A DNA stretch of 64,000 bases from NCBI GenBank assembly GCA_964187785.1, contig OZ076409.1, positions 80,724,001 through 80,788,000 of the forward strand. Direction: 5' to 3'. The notes beneath the pieces were generated by a model. It worked only from the letters and a program-made list of their open reading frames with translations, was not told the origin of the DNA and searched no databases. How positions within the stretch are numbered: the first letter of the stretch is position 1; every line of letters begins with the position of its first letter. Below are positions 12,895 to 25,260 of this stretch, one piece after another. Source of the DNA: Amphiscolops sp. MND2022 (Eukaryota). A program made the translations under genes and the position numbers.

Positions 12895-14149
12895 CTGCGG
12901 GTGCCAAGAAAAGCAAACTGCCGGCGTTGAGTCATATACGCCTCCCGCCTGATATTCGTGACGTAAGTGGCGTAGATCTTTCCATGTACCATCTTGTTTT
13001 TTGCGAGTTACTAGGACCAGCCACCATCTCATCGTCAAGTCCTTTCACCGTCATGGCACGTCCCACAATGAGGATTGGGCTTGATCTAACTTCGCGCTTT
13101 CTAGATAAGTTAAACTTCTGCATTATCACTTTTTAGCAATTTTGGAATTTCAAGATGCGACTGAGTTGGACAAAGCTTTAGGGTATAATGAAATCATTGC
13201 AATTCTTGAAGCAAGCCGAATCGGACGCTCTTCCGGTAATTTTAATTCGGCGGTTAAAACTTCGGTTATTCGTCCTGATCCGACGTTAACTTTCTTGAAT
13301 GGAATTCCACCAGTAGTCGGCATTCTTTGATATGTTGATGTTTACCCTCCATCAACAACATCATCAGAAGACGTATAAACGACGCTTGAGATGTTAATAT
13401 CAATTACATTTGTCTCAAGTGGGTAGTTAACGGGTCACTTGGAGGCAATTAACGGCACGCGTCTCTGATTTTTCTCGAAATGGCTTTAGCCCATCAGAAT
13501 TAGGCTTTGACAAATTTGAAAAATGAATATTAAAATGGCGTAAAATATTAATTCCGGATAATTCAAAATGGCGGAATTCTAACTAAGATAATAGGGATAA
13601 CGAAACAAAACGGCAAAATAAAATAGGGTAAACGGCTACAATCGGCTTCCAACTAACAAGATTGTAAATAATGAAGAATCTCCTGTAAAATTCGCTGGCA
13701 GACTCTATGTACAGTTTTAAAAATGTAAATAGCACTATACTATTAGTCTGGTAAAATCTTCAGCCACGACCTCGAACTTTTAATTTTCAATTGCATTATC
13801 CATTCTCAATTCCATTACCATTTGTAATTCACGTGTCTTGTTGAATTTACCTATCGTCATCAACTGCGGATCTTGTCAGCATCTCCCTTCTGAATTATCT
13901 CTTCCAACACTCCCTTCACAGCCGGATCCGGCCAATTTCCTATACTTCCAAATCCCCGGTTGGACTACATCCCAATTTCCAAACGAGCAGCTTCATGTCT
14001 TCAAATTCAGGTTGGTCCGGATTTTCAGTATTTTGAACTAGTTTAATTTGATCAGGGTCAAATCTTGTTCACGAACGCTTCCTGTTTCCGTCTTATCTCA
14101 CGTGCTCAGTCCTTTTAGTCAGGCTGAAAGATACTTCTAGAAGTTTTCT

Positions 14150-16562
14150 AATGCGGCAAAAGGGATTTCTTTCAAGGATGGTCAATTCCCCAAAGTCCAT
14201 TGGAAAATACAACATATGCTTCTTGCATTTAAGGTTGATATTAGTTGACAGTGGTATACAGTCTGGCTCACCATCTTTGGTAATGAGTACATTCTGGAAT
14301 TGTTTCTCGTCTAATAGTGGGGTCGTCTCAGCGTTGTTTTCATAGTCCTCGGTTCCTAAGGGGTTTCGGAACACTGGATGGTTGGTACCATCATTCATAT
14401 GCCAAGTTTCGATGAACGCTCTTGTCTTCTTGTTATGGGTTAATGGATTGTTTTCATGGACTGTTGTGTTGTAGTGCTAGATGTCGTCTAGGACGTATTG
14501 AAATTGTAGCAAATCTTGGTTATACAGTTCTGTGTCCCAGTAGGGATCTGTACCGTAATCTGGATCGATGTATGTGGGGTTGTAATCGTCAACTAAGGGA
14601 ATGGGCCTGAATCGGGTAGTAAAGGTAGTTCTGTAATCAGGATCCCAAACAGGAATTGGTTTCTGGAACAAATGGGTCTTATGATAAGTATTAATGATAG
14701 CTTTTTCATCTGCTGCTGCCAGACAACAGAAGGATAGCCCATCAATTGTTGTTTATAGTTATGGAAAAATGTGTTGGAGGTTACGATTTGATGTATTGTC
14801 GGACAGAGACTTGTTGGTCGTATTGGAGTCGTGGCGAAGCTAGTTTGTTGACTCGTCTTTCTTGGATGAAGACTGGGACTTGGACGATATTGGGTTATGG
14901 TGGGGTTTTGGAGCCTTTGAATCGGGATCGTTATCAGCCGAATCCTCGGGCCTTGTGCGCTTAGGTTAAAGATGCGCGCCGGCACCCTGCCAACATCGTT
15001 CCTCCGGTTGGTCTTGCCACAAGTCCCGCATTTGGGATAGGTTTTCTTCTGAGCAGTTTTGCCTTGTTGGGCATCTTCCTCTTTCTTCTTTTCCAGTTTT
15101 TCACAGTCTTTGACCATATGGCCCTTTTCCTTGCACTAATTGCAGGTGATGTCGTCTGTTTGCCCAGTGGAGAGAGAGGTTTTGGGCTTAGAAGATGAGG
15201 ACGCCATCGTTGCTATGGGTAGGTCATCTGAATCATCGAGGGCGTTAAGCTCGAGTTCTCTCTCCAAATGAGCAACTATCTCGTCAAATGAGCCAATTTC
15301 TAATCTGGCCATGTTGACTAAACTCTTCAATTTTGGCGGTGATTTTGCGTAAAGGAGACTGTCGATCATTTTTTGAGCTTTATCTCCGAACGCTTTTTCT
15401 GCGCTTTGATTCAATTCCTCAAGGAAGTCAGGTAGTTTCGTTGTGCTGGGGTCAAAGACCAAGCGGTGCCATTCGTGTTTAGCAGTCGCTTGTGACTCAA
15501 GCTTGACGTATTTCCGTCTGAAGATGACTAATACGTCCTCGAGAGTTTGGCAATAAGCCGTGCTGATGTTCTTCAATGTTTGTAGAGCGTTCTTTCTCAA
15601 CAGCGAATGAAAATGGTTAATTTTCATCTGTTCGGACACTTCAGGCTGCATCTTGATCTGATCATTGTGTGGAAGAGATCTTCAAACAGCTCGAACTTCT
15701 CGCTTTTGCTGTCAAAGCTCATAGTGTTAGAGTTGACCGGACGAATAGTGAGTTGTTGGGCTGTTGGACGATTCTGCATACTCGTCAAGACGTCAGCTAG
15801 CCTGTTGATGGGATCTTGTACTGGGGCCGGTACGGTCCTCTCTTGCGCTGGGACCGTCGTGTCGAGAAGGGGATTGAGGTCGTCATCGGATCTGTGGAGA
15901 TGACTTCTTGATAGCATTCGTCCCCTGAGGAACTCAGGAACATCAATTGGAACTTCGTTTTCTCCTGTCACCATGTCGTAAGCATTGTGATTGGGTTTTT
16001 CATCATTATGACGATTTTGGGTATGCTCACTTCTTGAGTTATCTCTAGTATTTGCGTTTCGCAGAACTTCGGAATTTACTTCCGGTTCCTCGGTCGAAAC
16101 GTTCCATCTTCTTCTGGTCACGTGTCGTGAACCGGCCATAGTGGCATTTTGAATCTGGGGTAAAATTTGATTACTAATGGCATCATTTATGGCCCTCGGT
16201 ATTTGAACTTTGACACTGTTCATCATCTCATCCATCTCCCTAGATATTCTAGAGTTCAATTCGCTCAATTCATCAGTCTGTTAATGTCGCCATGAGAATT
16301 AGTACCAACTGAATTCTAGCCGTAAACGGCATTAATGCCTGAACTAATATCTCTACGGTTCTGGTGCAAGTTCTTGACGTCGTTTCCAAAATTGTTACCA
16401 GTGGCTCTATCAGGCTTCTGGCTAGGTTGCTATCTAAGTTTTATTCCCCATCCATCCCGCTAAAATGGTTTTCTTCTAACATAACGTCAAGATTTTCAAT
16501 ATCTGAGAGTATTTCAAGTCCTCTAGACTTTTTAGCTTTTTTTGTTTTCTTGTAGTAGGCAT
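14150..16562 (-). pseudogene. gag(-protease start) of the long-LTR element, frameshifted
   Basis: MPTTRKQKK... start at 16562; capsid-like region (ORF 15136-15651); CN-CKEKGHMVKDC and CGTCGKTN knuckles; protease-like start near 14180-14230. Confidence 0.78.
15962..15973 (-). promoter_or_regulatory. Primer-binding site TGGTGACAGGAG
   Basis: Abuts the 5' LTR end. Matches 11/12 of the TGGTGTCAGGAG PBS expected for tRNA-Leu(CAG), using the vertebrate tRNA sequence from memory. Confidence 0.75.
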
Positions 16563-17672
16563 CAAAAATCCGAGTATAAACATTTGAATTATCTATAAGT
16601 TCGGAAAACTAACAGAGAACTGTTTTGAATGTACCTTTATCGAAGTAAGAAATGAAAAATAGTGACCCTCTCAAGGGGGATCTGGGTATTTATACCTCCG
16701 AGAGAGTGGCACTCACATTCTGTACATTTTGGGTCACGTGGTTGATCATAAGGTCACGTGGTTGATCATAAGGAAGCATCGGTGAATGCCTTCAATTTGG
16801 CGGTTAATGGGATTATTACATCAAAGCATCGATCGAAACAAAATACCTAAACAACTAAAGACGGAACATTCCGGGTTAATACTTCATGTTGTCAACAATT
16901 CATCATCACAATACTCCTGAAGTACAAATATTCTAAGTATGTAACACCAGTTTCGAGCACGTGGTGGCATGTGAGATTCAAAGTGGGACATGGGTAAAAC
17001 AACTTACATGTTTTGAATAATTACTGAATAGGCCAAATATAACCGGCGTACTCAATATCATTCAGTAACCAAAGACCGGTATAGGACCGGAGACCAATCC
17101 TTATTACTATCATAATAAACCAATAACCACCCCTTCAAACCATCAAAAACAATCTTTTTCATCCTTTAAGAGTTGTTATATCAAACAAGAATGCATCAAT
17201 AATCTACCGTACTGAGTATTGGCACTTCAGAAGCACATTGCTTTAATCGGCCGGAACCCGCCATTTACCTTAACAGCACACGTGAATTAACAATTCTCAG
17301 GCGAACGGTCATAACCGGCAATAAATGGACTGCACTATAAAAATGAAGGTTTGTGATTGGTTGAGATTTACTAGCAAACGACATTGCCGCAAAAGTACGG
17401 AAACTAATTTTGAACTCGTTTCAGTATAGCTTTGCCGTCAAATTTCACATTTTGCTCTCGTATTAATTTACATCTACAGCACTTCAAATAGCACGCTTAT
17501 GTTAACAGACTAATAATACTTTTGTATAAAAATATAAAAATACGATAATGAAAACATCAAAAGTTTATTCTAAATAACAGTTTTTAAATTATTGGTAAAG
17601 TGCCGGGTACGGCTTCTTGCCCGGACGTCGTAGTCGTAATCCTTGTACCGTCACAGGCGGCAGCCTGCGACA
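15974..17672 (-). repeat. 5' LTR (1699 bp)
   Basis: TG...CA ends; immediately followed by the PBS. Confidence 0.88.
16687..16771 (-). promoter_or_regulatory. Candidate LTR promoter: TATAAATA plus two tandem 20-bp repeats each with a CACGTG E-box
   Basis: TATTTATA at 16687-16694 (also 11910-11917); GGTCACGTGGTTGATCATAA at 16732-16751 and 16752-16771; ~125 bp upstream of the gag ATG. Confidence 0.6.
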
Positions 17673-18383
17673 GTCTTTGATGAAGATAAGAAAGAAGAGG
17701 GGACCGACCACTGAGCCCTGAGGGACACCGCTGGTGATAGATAACTCATCAGAAAGGTAATTCCCAACTCTGACTTTTTGTACTCTGTTTTGTAACTACA
17801 ACGCAATCACTTTGAGAAGGGAACCATCAAGACCAAAATGACGCAGTTTTATTAAAAATTTGTAATGGTGAACTCGATCAAATGCTTCTTAGAAATCCAA
17901 ATAGATAGCGAAAGCCTGTTCGTTAGAATCAATCTACTCAGATATTTTGTCAAAAAACGAAAGTATTTGAGTGCAACTTGATCTAGACTTTCTGAATCCG
18001 AATTGATGAGGACATATCTTGTTCTGTGTATTTTTGAGGATAGTGTTGTAAACAATTCTCTCGAAAGCCAGAGATAATTTAGAGAGCGAAGCAATGGGGC
18101 GATAAATTGAGATTTCAGCATTCCGACCATCTTTGAATATCGGGGTAATGATCGTGCGTTTCCATGGAGATAGGTAATCGCCTGATTGTATAATTAAAAA
18201 GATTAGGTTGTAAAAGTGGATTGATAGACTGTTTGAGCACTTTCGTAGAATTCGACCAGGTATGAGGTCCGGGCCAGTACCATCGCTAGATGATTTCAAG
18301 GCATCTCTGACTATTTCAACTGTGACATCTATTTCATTAACTTCATTGTCTGAAAGATCGGTGAATGTTTCATATGACACGTT
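17673..18383 (-). pseudogene. LINE-D RT N-terminal fragment
   Basis: GPDLIPG, PIFKDG, YRPIASL, QFGFR, GVPQGSVVGPLFFL; near-identical to 22823-23533. Confidence 0.88.
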
Positions 18384-18384
18384 T

Positions 18385-19798
18385 CACTGAGGGGTCATGG
18401 TCCTGTTGTTATGAGATTAAAACGTAGTAGCATCACTGAGAAAACCAAGAAATTATGGATTGCAAAAGCTGATTGCGTGGGTTGGACTTCTTTCAATGAG
18501 GGCCGAACTGATGATCTCATGGTTGTTGGGGACGACCCTGTTTTTACCTGGAACGAGTTCAATCTTCATGAAGCTTCCTTTGGTCACATACCCCTCAAAT
18601 ATGTTTCAAATCATAGCAAACCGTTTTAGAACTCAGACTTGACAGATGCAAGCAATTAGCTTCAATGTTTACTCGAAAAGTTCAAGTACAAATCGATTTT
18701 TGAAAACAGCTAAAGGCAGCGAAGGAACGTTCCAAAATTCTACTCAGCAAACGAGTAACTGAATGGATGGAAAACTATTTGTCATCGCTTGTGTATAAAA
18801 GAGGAAAAGTGTTTTGGTCTTCTTACAAACCCTTACTCAACACTAAACATGAAGAAGTTGGTCTAATACGCAGTAAGGAAGGAAGGCTTTTATATGCTCA
18901 AGAGGAAATTAGCAAAGAATTTGAAACTAGGTTCTTCGGAGGAGAACATCTGAAAAAGCAAGTTTTTATCGATGCAACACAACAGCGAGTAGAAGCCAAA
19001 ATATACCAAGCACATGATGATACTGAACATGATAATGATGTACTTCGTGATGGAATTAGTATCGATGAAATGAAGAATGACAATTTGAAACCAAGCAACA
19101 CTAAATCTTTTGATATTGATGGTCTCCATGTGACAATGATAAAGAATTCGGGCACTTGAGCTTTTTTTATGCTGAATATTTTCAATGCTCGCTGGGAATA
19201 TCATGTGTGGCCATGGACGGAGTCACGAGTCGTCCTAATACGCAATCCAAACAAAGAGATGTGATGAATGCTCTTCATATGGACCACTCTCAGTCTCCCG
19301 TTATATCGGCAAAAAGCTGGAAAGAATACTTGACACTCGAAGCAAAGCACATTTCGATGTGAATGGACTGCTTGGGGACGAACAGGAGGGTTTCAGATTG
19401 GAAAGAAACACCACTCGATCGCTCTACAGACTACATCAGATGCACGAAAATGACAAACGTTCACGTTTGCCGACGTCTCCGCTTAACATTGACCTCGAAC
19501 ATACTTTCGATTGCGTGTGCGTGGACGGTATTCTCTTTACACTGTTGGAACACAGTAATTCTGGCAAAAGGTATCGGATAATAAAATCGTTTCCAAAAAC
19601 CAGAGTCGCTTTCATCGAATTGAATGGATACCAATCTCCGTTCCAGATTTACATTGGTGTTCCACAGGGAAGTGTGTTGTCGCCATTGCTCTTCATCATC
19701 TTCCTAAACAACTTCCTCAATAATCAAGCACACAAATTCAAGTTTGCAGACGATAGTTCTGTCATGTCACTGGCAAAGATACGCAAGAATTATGTGCC
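18385..19798 (+). pseudogene. LINE-B2 fragment (relative of LINE-B), duplicate of 25753-27167
   Basis: ORFs 18767-19159 and 19359-19808 with QEGFR, GVPQGSVLSPLLF, FADD. Confidence 0.88.
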
Positions 19799-20558
19799 TA
19801 ATTTCTGAATCAGAATGTCGTGAGGTCTGTGTCGAAGGCTTTGGCAAAGTCAAGATATAAATGAGCTAGCTGGTTTGTTTCTACTTTGTCATAGGGTACA
19901 AATAATCGGTCAAGGAACAGTCACAATTGGATTGTCGCTGATAGCCGTTTCCGGATGCCGAATTGACTTTCGTGTAGTCTATCTTCGGTATGCTTGTGTT
20001 TGCTGTCAAATATGTTATTTTCCAGTAGTTTTGCGCAGCAGCATAGTAAACTGTTGGGTCCGTAGCAATTTACGTCAGCCTTGTTGCCTTCGTTGAATAT
20101 CGGCGTAGCTTGAGAGAGTTTCCATGTCTCTGGAAAAAAGCCGTTGTTGACACAGGTTTGGAAGATGAGAGTTAACGACTTACTGAGAGTACTGTTTCAT
20201 TTCTTTGGGACAAGATTTCCAATTTTCTCATGATTTTGGATTTGTTCACATTTAGATGCTCCATGATGTCACTGATTTGATTTTGAGTCACTTTGAGTTG
20301 GTTCAGAGGTACTGTCATTTTCATTTCTCAATTTTCATTTCACTTTCGCCAAACACTGACGAAGTTATTGTTGAAAAGTTCGCGTTTCTCATTACCATTG
20401 GTTGAGGCATTTGAGCCGTTTCTCCCAGTAGGCGCAATAGTTGGTGTTTTGCGGACACATTGCAGATACTTTTGAATTTGACCGGAAACTTTTGTTTTGA
20501 GGACCTTGGTTTCGAATTGGGATAGATCTTCTTCAGACTCTTCCAAGATTTCTTTCCA
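19796..20558 (-). pseudogene. LINE-E fragment (RT N-terminus), duplicate of 27165-27925
   Basis: FPETWKLSQATPIF, YRP, QFGIR, YLDFAKAFD on the minus strand. Confidence 0.85.
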
Positions 20559-21533
20559 AGATAATTTAGAGAGCGAAGCAATGGGGCGATAATGTGACAT
20601 TTCAGCATTCCGACCATCTTTGAATATCGGGGTAAAGATCGTGCGTTTCCATGGAGATAGGTAATCGCCTGATTGTATAATGAAAAAGATTAGGTTGTAA
20701 AAGTGGATTGATAGACTGTTTGAGCACTTTCGTAGAATTTGACCAGGTATGAGGTCCGGGCTAGTACCATCGCAAGATGAATTCAAGGCATCTCTGACTA
20801 TTTCAACTGTGACATCTAGTTCATTAAATTCATTGTCTGAAAAATCGGTGAATGTTTCATCTGACACGTTACACACGTGAGGCAAAAAACTGATTGAAGG
20901 CATTTGCAATAATGTCGGAGCCACAAACCCTTTGCTTTTTAGGGTTAATCATTGTCTCAGGAACATCAGAACTCTTTGGATTATTCAATACTTTATAGCA
21001 GTGGTCCACATCACAATTTGAGCTACTGAAGTTATCAATAAATAATATTGTGTCAAAATCGAGGGATATTTCCAACTCCTTGCAAAACGTGGTATAAGCT
21101 AAGAAGTTTTTCAGGTCTAAGCATTTCAGTCGTTTCATTTCTGTTTGTAGGCAATTGAAGAAGAGGATGCTATAAGAACTCAATTAACTCGGTAACAGTC
21201 TCCTTCTGTTCCTTTTACGATTCATGAATATATTTAGAATTGTTTCGAGGGACTTCAGCCAGTCATCAATAAAGTTATATGAGAGTTGTAGCAGATCGAA
21301 GGAGAAAAGCGACTTGGAAAATTCCAAGTCTAGTGCTTGAATGTCAGAAGCTATGAGACAGAAAGGTCTACAGTCTGTATTGATAGTCAAAGCCAACTTA
21401 GTTCTGGGAAAGCTAAGAGATACACTATAGATGCTTTTCGATACAGAGAATATCAGAGTCATTGAAGTTGCTGAAGATCAGGTTCAAGACATTGCCACCC
21501 TTATGAGTTGGTTGAGTGACTAATTGGGTAAAA
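20559..21533 (-). pseudogene. LINE-D fragment (APE end to RT start), paralogous to 23224-24190
   Basis: QLVTQPTHKGGNVLNLIF APE motif; PIFKDG, YRPIASL. Confidence 0.85.
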
Positions 21534-21536
21534 TTT

Positions 21537-22822
21537 GTTTCAAAAATTGTTACCAGTGGCTTTATCAGGCTTCTGGCTAGGTTGCTATGCAAAGTTTTTT
21601 CCCTATCCATCACGCTAAAATGGTTTTCTTCTAACATAACGTCACGATGTTCAATATCTGAGAATATTTCAAGTCATCTAGACTTTTTAGCTTTCTTTTG
21701 TTTTCTTTTTGTTTAGTAGGCATCAAAAATCCGAGTATAAATATTTGAATTATCTATAAATTTGGAAAACTAACAGAGAACTGTTTTGAATGTACCTTTA
21801 TCAAAGTAAGAAATGAAAAATAGTGACCCTCTCAAGATGGATCTGGGTGTTTATATCTCCGAGAGAGTGGCACTCACATTCTTTACATTTTGGGTCACGT
21901 GGTTGATCATACGGTCACGTGGTTGATCATAAGGAAGCATCGGTCAATGCCTTCAATTTGGCGGTTAATGGGATTATTACATCAAAGCATCGATCGAAAC
22001 AAAATACCTAAACATCTAAAGACTGAACATTCCGGGTTAATACTTCATGTTTTCAACAATTCATCATCACAATACTGCTGAAGTACAAATATTCTAAATA
22101 TGTAACACCAGCTTCGAGCACGTGAGATTCAAAGTGGGACATGGGTAAAACAACTTACATGTTTTGAATAATTACTAAATAGGCCAAATATGACCGGCGT
22201 ACTCAATATCATTCAGTAACCAAAGACCGGTATAGGAGCAGAGACCAATCCTCATTACTATCATAATAAACCAATAACCACCCCTTCAAACCATCAATAA
22301 CAATCTTTTTCATCCTTTAAGAGTTGTTATATCAAACAAGAATGCATCAATAATCTACCGTACTGAGTATTGGCACTTCAGAAGCACATTGCTTTAATCG
22401 GCCGGAACCCGCCATTTACCTAAACAGCACACGTGAATCAACAATTCTCAGGGGAACGGTCATAACCGGCAATAATTGGACTGCACTATAGAAATGAAGG
22501 TTTGTGATTGGTTGAGATTTACTAGCAAACTACATTGCCGCAAAAGTACGGAAACTAATTTGAACTCGTTTCAGTATTGCTTTGCCGTCAAATTTCACAT
22601 TTTGCTCTCGTAATAATTTACATCTACAGCACTTCAAATAGCACGCTTATGTTAACAGACTAATAATACTTTTGTATAAAAATATAAAAATACGATAATG
22701 AAAACATCAAAAGTTTATTCTAAATAACAGTTTTTAAATTATTGGTAAAGTGCCGGGTACGGCTTCTTGCCCGGACGTCGTAGTCGTACTCCTTGTACCG
22801 TCACAGGCGGCAGCCTGCGACA
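21537..22822 (-). repeat. Partial third copy of the long LTR (duplicated block)
   Basis: Homologous to 16382-17672, with the same LTR/LINE-D junction at 22822/22823. Confidence 0.88.
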
Positions 22823-24390
22823 GTCTTTGATGAAGATAAGAAAGAAGAGGGGACCGACCACTGAGCCCTGAGGGACACCGCTGGTGATAGATAACTCATC
22901 AGAAAGATAATTCCCAACTCTGACTTTTTGTACTCTGTTTTGTAACTACAACGCAGTCACTTTGAGAAGGGAACCATCAAGACCAAAATGACGCAGTTTT
23001 ATTAAAAATTTGTAATGGTGAACTCGATCAAATGCTTCTTAGAAATCCAAATAGATAGCGAAAGCCTGTTCGTTAGAATCAATCTACTCAGATATTTTGT
23101 CAAAAAACGAAAGTAATTGAGTGCAACTTGATCTAGACTTTCTGAATCCGAATTGATGAGGACATATCTTGTTCTGTGTATTTTTGAGGATAGTGTTGTA
23201 AACAATTCTCTCGAAAGCCAGAGATAATTTAGAGAGCGAAGCAATGGGGCGATAAATTGAGATTTCAGCATTCCGACCATCTTTGAATATCGGGGTAATG
23301 ATCGTGCGTTTCCATGGAGATAGGTAATCGCCTGATTGTATAATGAAAAAGATTAGGTTGTAAAAGTGGATTGATAGACTGTTTGAGCACTTTCGTAGAA
23401 TTTGACCAGGTATGAGGTCCGGGCCAGTACCATCGCTAGATGATTTCAAGGCATCTCTGACTATTTCAACTGTGACATCTATTTCATTAACTTCATTGTC
23501 TGAAATATCGGTGAATGTTTCATATGACACGTTACACACGTGATGCAAAAAACTGATTGAAGGCATTTGCAATAATGTCGGAGCCACAAACCCTTTGTTT
23601 TTCAGGGTTAATCATTGTCTCTGGAACATCAGAACTCTTTGGATTATTCAATACTTTATAGCAGTCGTTCATATCACAATTTGAGCTACTGAAGTTATCA
23701 ATAAATAAAATTGTGTCAAGTTCGAGGGATATTTCCAACTCCTTGCAAAACGTGGAGCTAAGAAGTTTTTCAGGTCTAAGCATTTCAGTCGTTTCATTTC
23801 TGTTTGTAGGCAATTGAAGAGGTGGAGGCTATGAGAACTCCATTAACTCGGTAACAGACTCCTTCTGTTCCTTATACGATTCAAGAATATATTTAGAAAT
23901 GTTTCGAGGGACTTCAGCCAGTCATCAATAAAGTTTTATGAGAGTTGTAGCAGATCGAAGGAGAAAAGCGACTTGGAAAATTCCAAGTCTTGTGCTTGAA
24001 TGTCAGAAGCTATGAGACTGAAAGGTCTACAGTCTGTATTATTAGTCAAAGCCAACTTAGTTCTGGGAAAGCTAAGAGATACACTATAGATGCTTTTCGA
24101 TACAGAGAATATCAGAGTCATTGAAGTTGCTGAAGATCAGGTTCAAGACATTGCCATCCTTATGAGTTGGTTTAGTGACTAATTGGGTAAAACTGTTGGT
24201 TTAAAAAAAAATTCAGAATGCTTGTTAGAGTTTCAGCATCAATGGCTAGAAAGTTCGCCCAATCTTCATCAGGCAGAGTGAAATCACCCAAAAACAAAAC
24301 TCTGTCAATATATTGCCTGCGAAGGAGTTTCCAAAGATAAGCAGTTGAATAAAAATTCATCAGGTATACGATATTCACTTGTAACTGGAG
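22823..24390 (-). pseudogene. LINE-D 5' part (APE and RT N-terminus)
   Basis: LFLGDFTLPD APE motif; RT motifs up to IFIKD. Confidence 0.85.
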
Positions 24391-24422
24391 TGTTATAGAA
24401 TACAACAAGACCGTATTTGTTG

Positions 24423-25260
24423 ATCTAGATATAGATATAGATATATAGATAGAGATAAATTATAGACAATGATACAAATTACAAACTTGTCAACTACCAC
24501 AAACCTTAACAACTTGAAAAAACGGCAACGGATGGCAAATAAAAAACAACAATAACCTTTTGAAAACCGAAACCCTTTAAAATTAGCATTCTTGGATCGC
24601 CTTTTCGCTGGGAAACCGAATAAGAGGGAGCCCAAATTACAGGAACCAAAATCATCAAGCGTAGCGCTTAGCGCCCTCTGTGTGAAAAGTGCCTCTGGGC
24701 GAATGAGAAACGAGAAGAGTTATCTCTTCAACTACTGTATCCAGTCATCAGGTGAGAATGTCTGTTTCCAGTGGGAATTATGACAGCCGTCGTCACCGAC
24801 ACAGGGACAAATGCTGCATCAATTTTTTCCTCTCTCAGATATCATGGATCTTTGTCATCAACCAAGTGCCATGTGTTTCGTCATGTTGGGGGAAGAAGAC
24901 ACACACTTGTTGTCTGCAACGAAAGTAGCATGGAACCCCATACCAGCCACTATCCCAGACGACCGGTAGAATTTAAAAAAAAAAACTGGAATGATATAGA
25001 GGTTTAAAAAACAAGATTTTTGTAATAATATTCTTCGGACGCATCTCTGTCGCTCACAGTTTCTAGAACACAGGCCGCATTGCCAATTTGAAGTTCCATT
25101 GAAATCCGTTGCTTCAAAAAGCTGCCAGCTCGTTGATCGTCGTGCGAATGTCAGAGCTTCAAACAAAGACGCGTGATGAGATTTTCACTGCTCTCGCGTA
25201 AACGACCATGTACTTCTAAGGCGATCGGTTGAAAAATGTATCCATTGTTTGTTAATTCGC
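24423..25260 (-). mobile_element. Probable 3' end of another CR1/L2-type LINE with a (TATCTA)-like tail at ~24423-24460
   Basis: Cys-rich end NWQCGLCSRNC resembles the LINE-A C-terminus; T-rich 3' region; simple-repeat tail. Confidence 0.5.

Larger units (their letters stand above)
11200..17672 (-). mobile_element. Ty3/Gypsy-type LTR retrotransposon with ~1.7-kb LTRs, internally deleted (no RT/RNase H/integrase seen)
   Basis: Two long direct repeats beginning TGTCGCAGG and ending CTTACGACA on the minus strand; PBS; gag with CCHC knuckle; start of a protease-like region (MLYFPMDFGELTI); inserted in LINE-D between IFIKD and DLPD. Superfamily assignment is tentative because pol is missing. Confidence 0.85.

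Noticed and set aside
12895-12920. Splice-acceptor reading of TTTGCTTTTCTTGGCACCCGCAG before the 3' LTR
   Set aside because: The boundary is independently explained as the LTR start (the 5' LTR begins at the same base); no transcript evidence supports splicing.
21425-21637. 70-aa ORF as a novel gag-endonuclease fusion gene
   Set aside because: It is a chance in-frame read across the duplication junction at ~21535 between decayed fragments.
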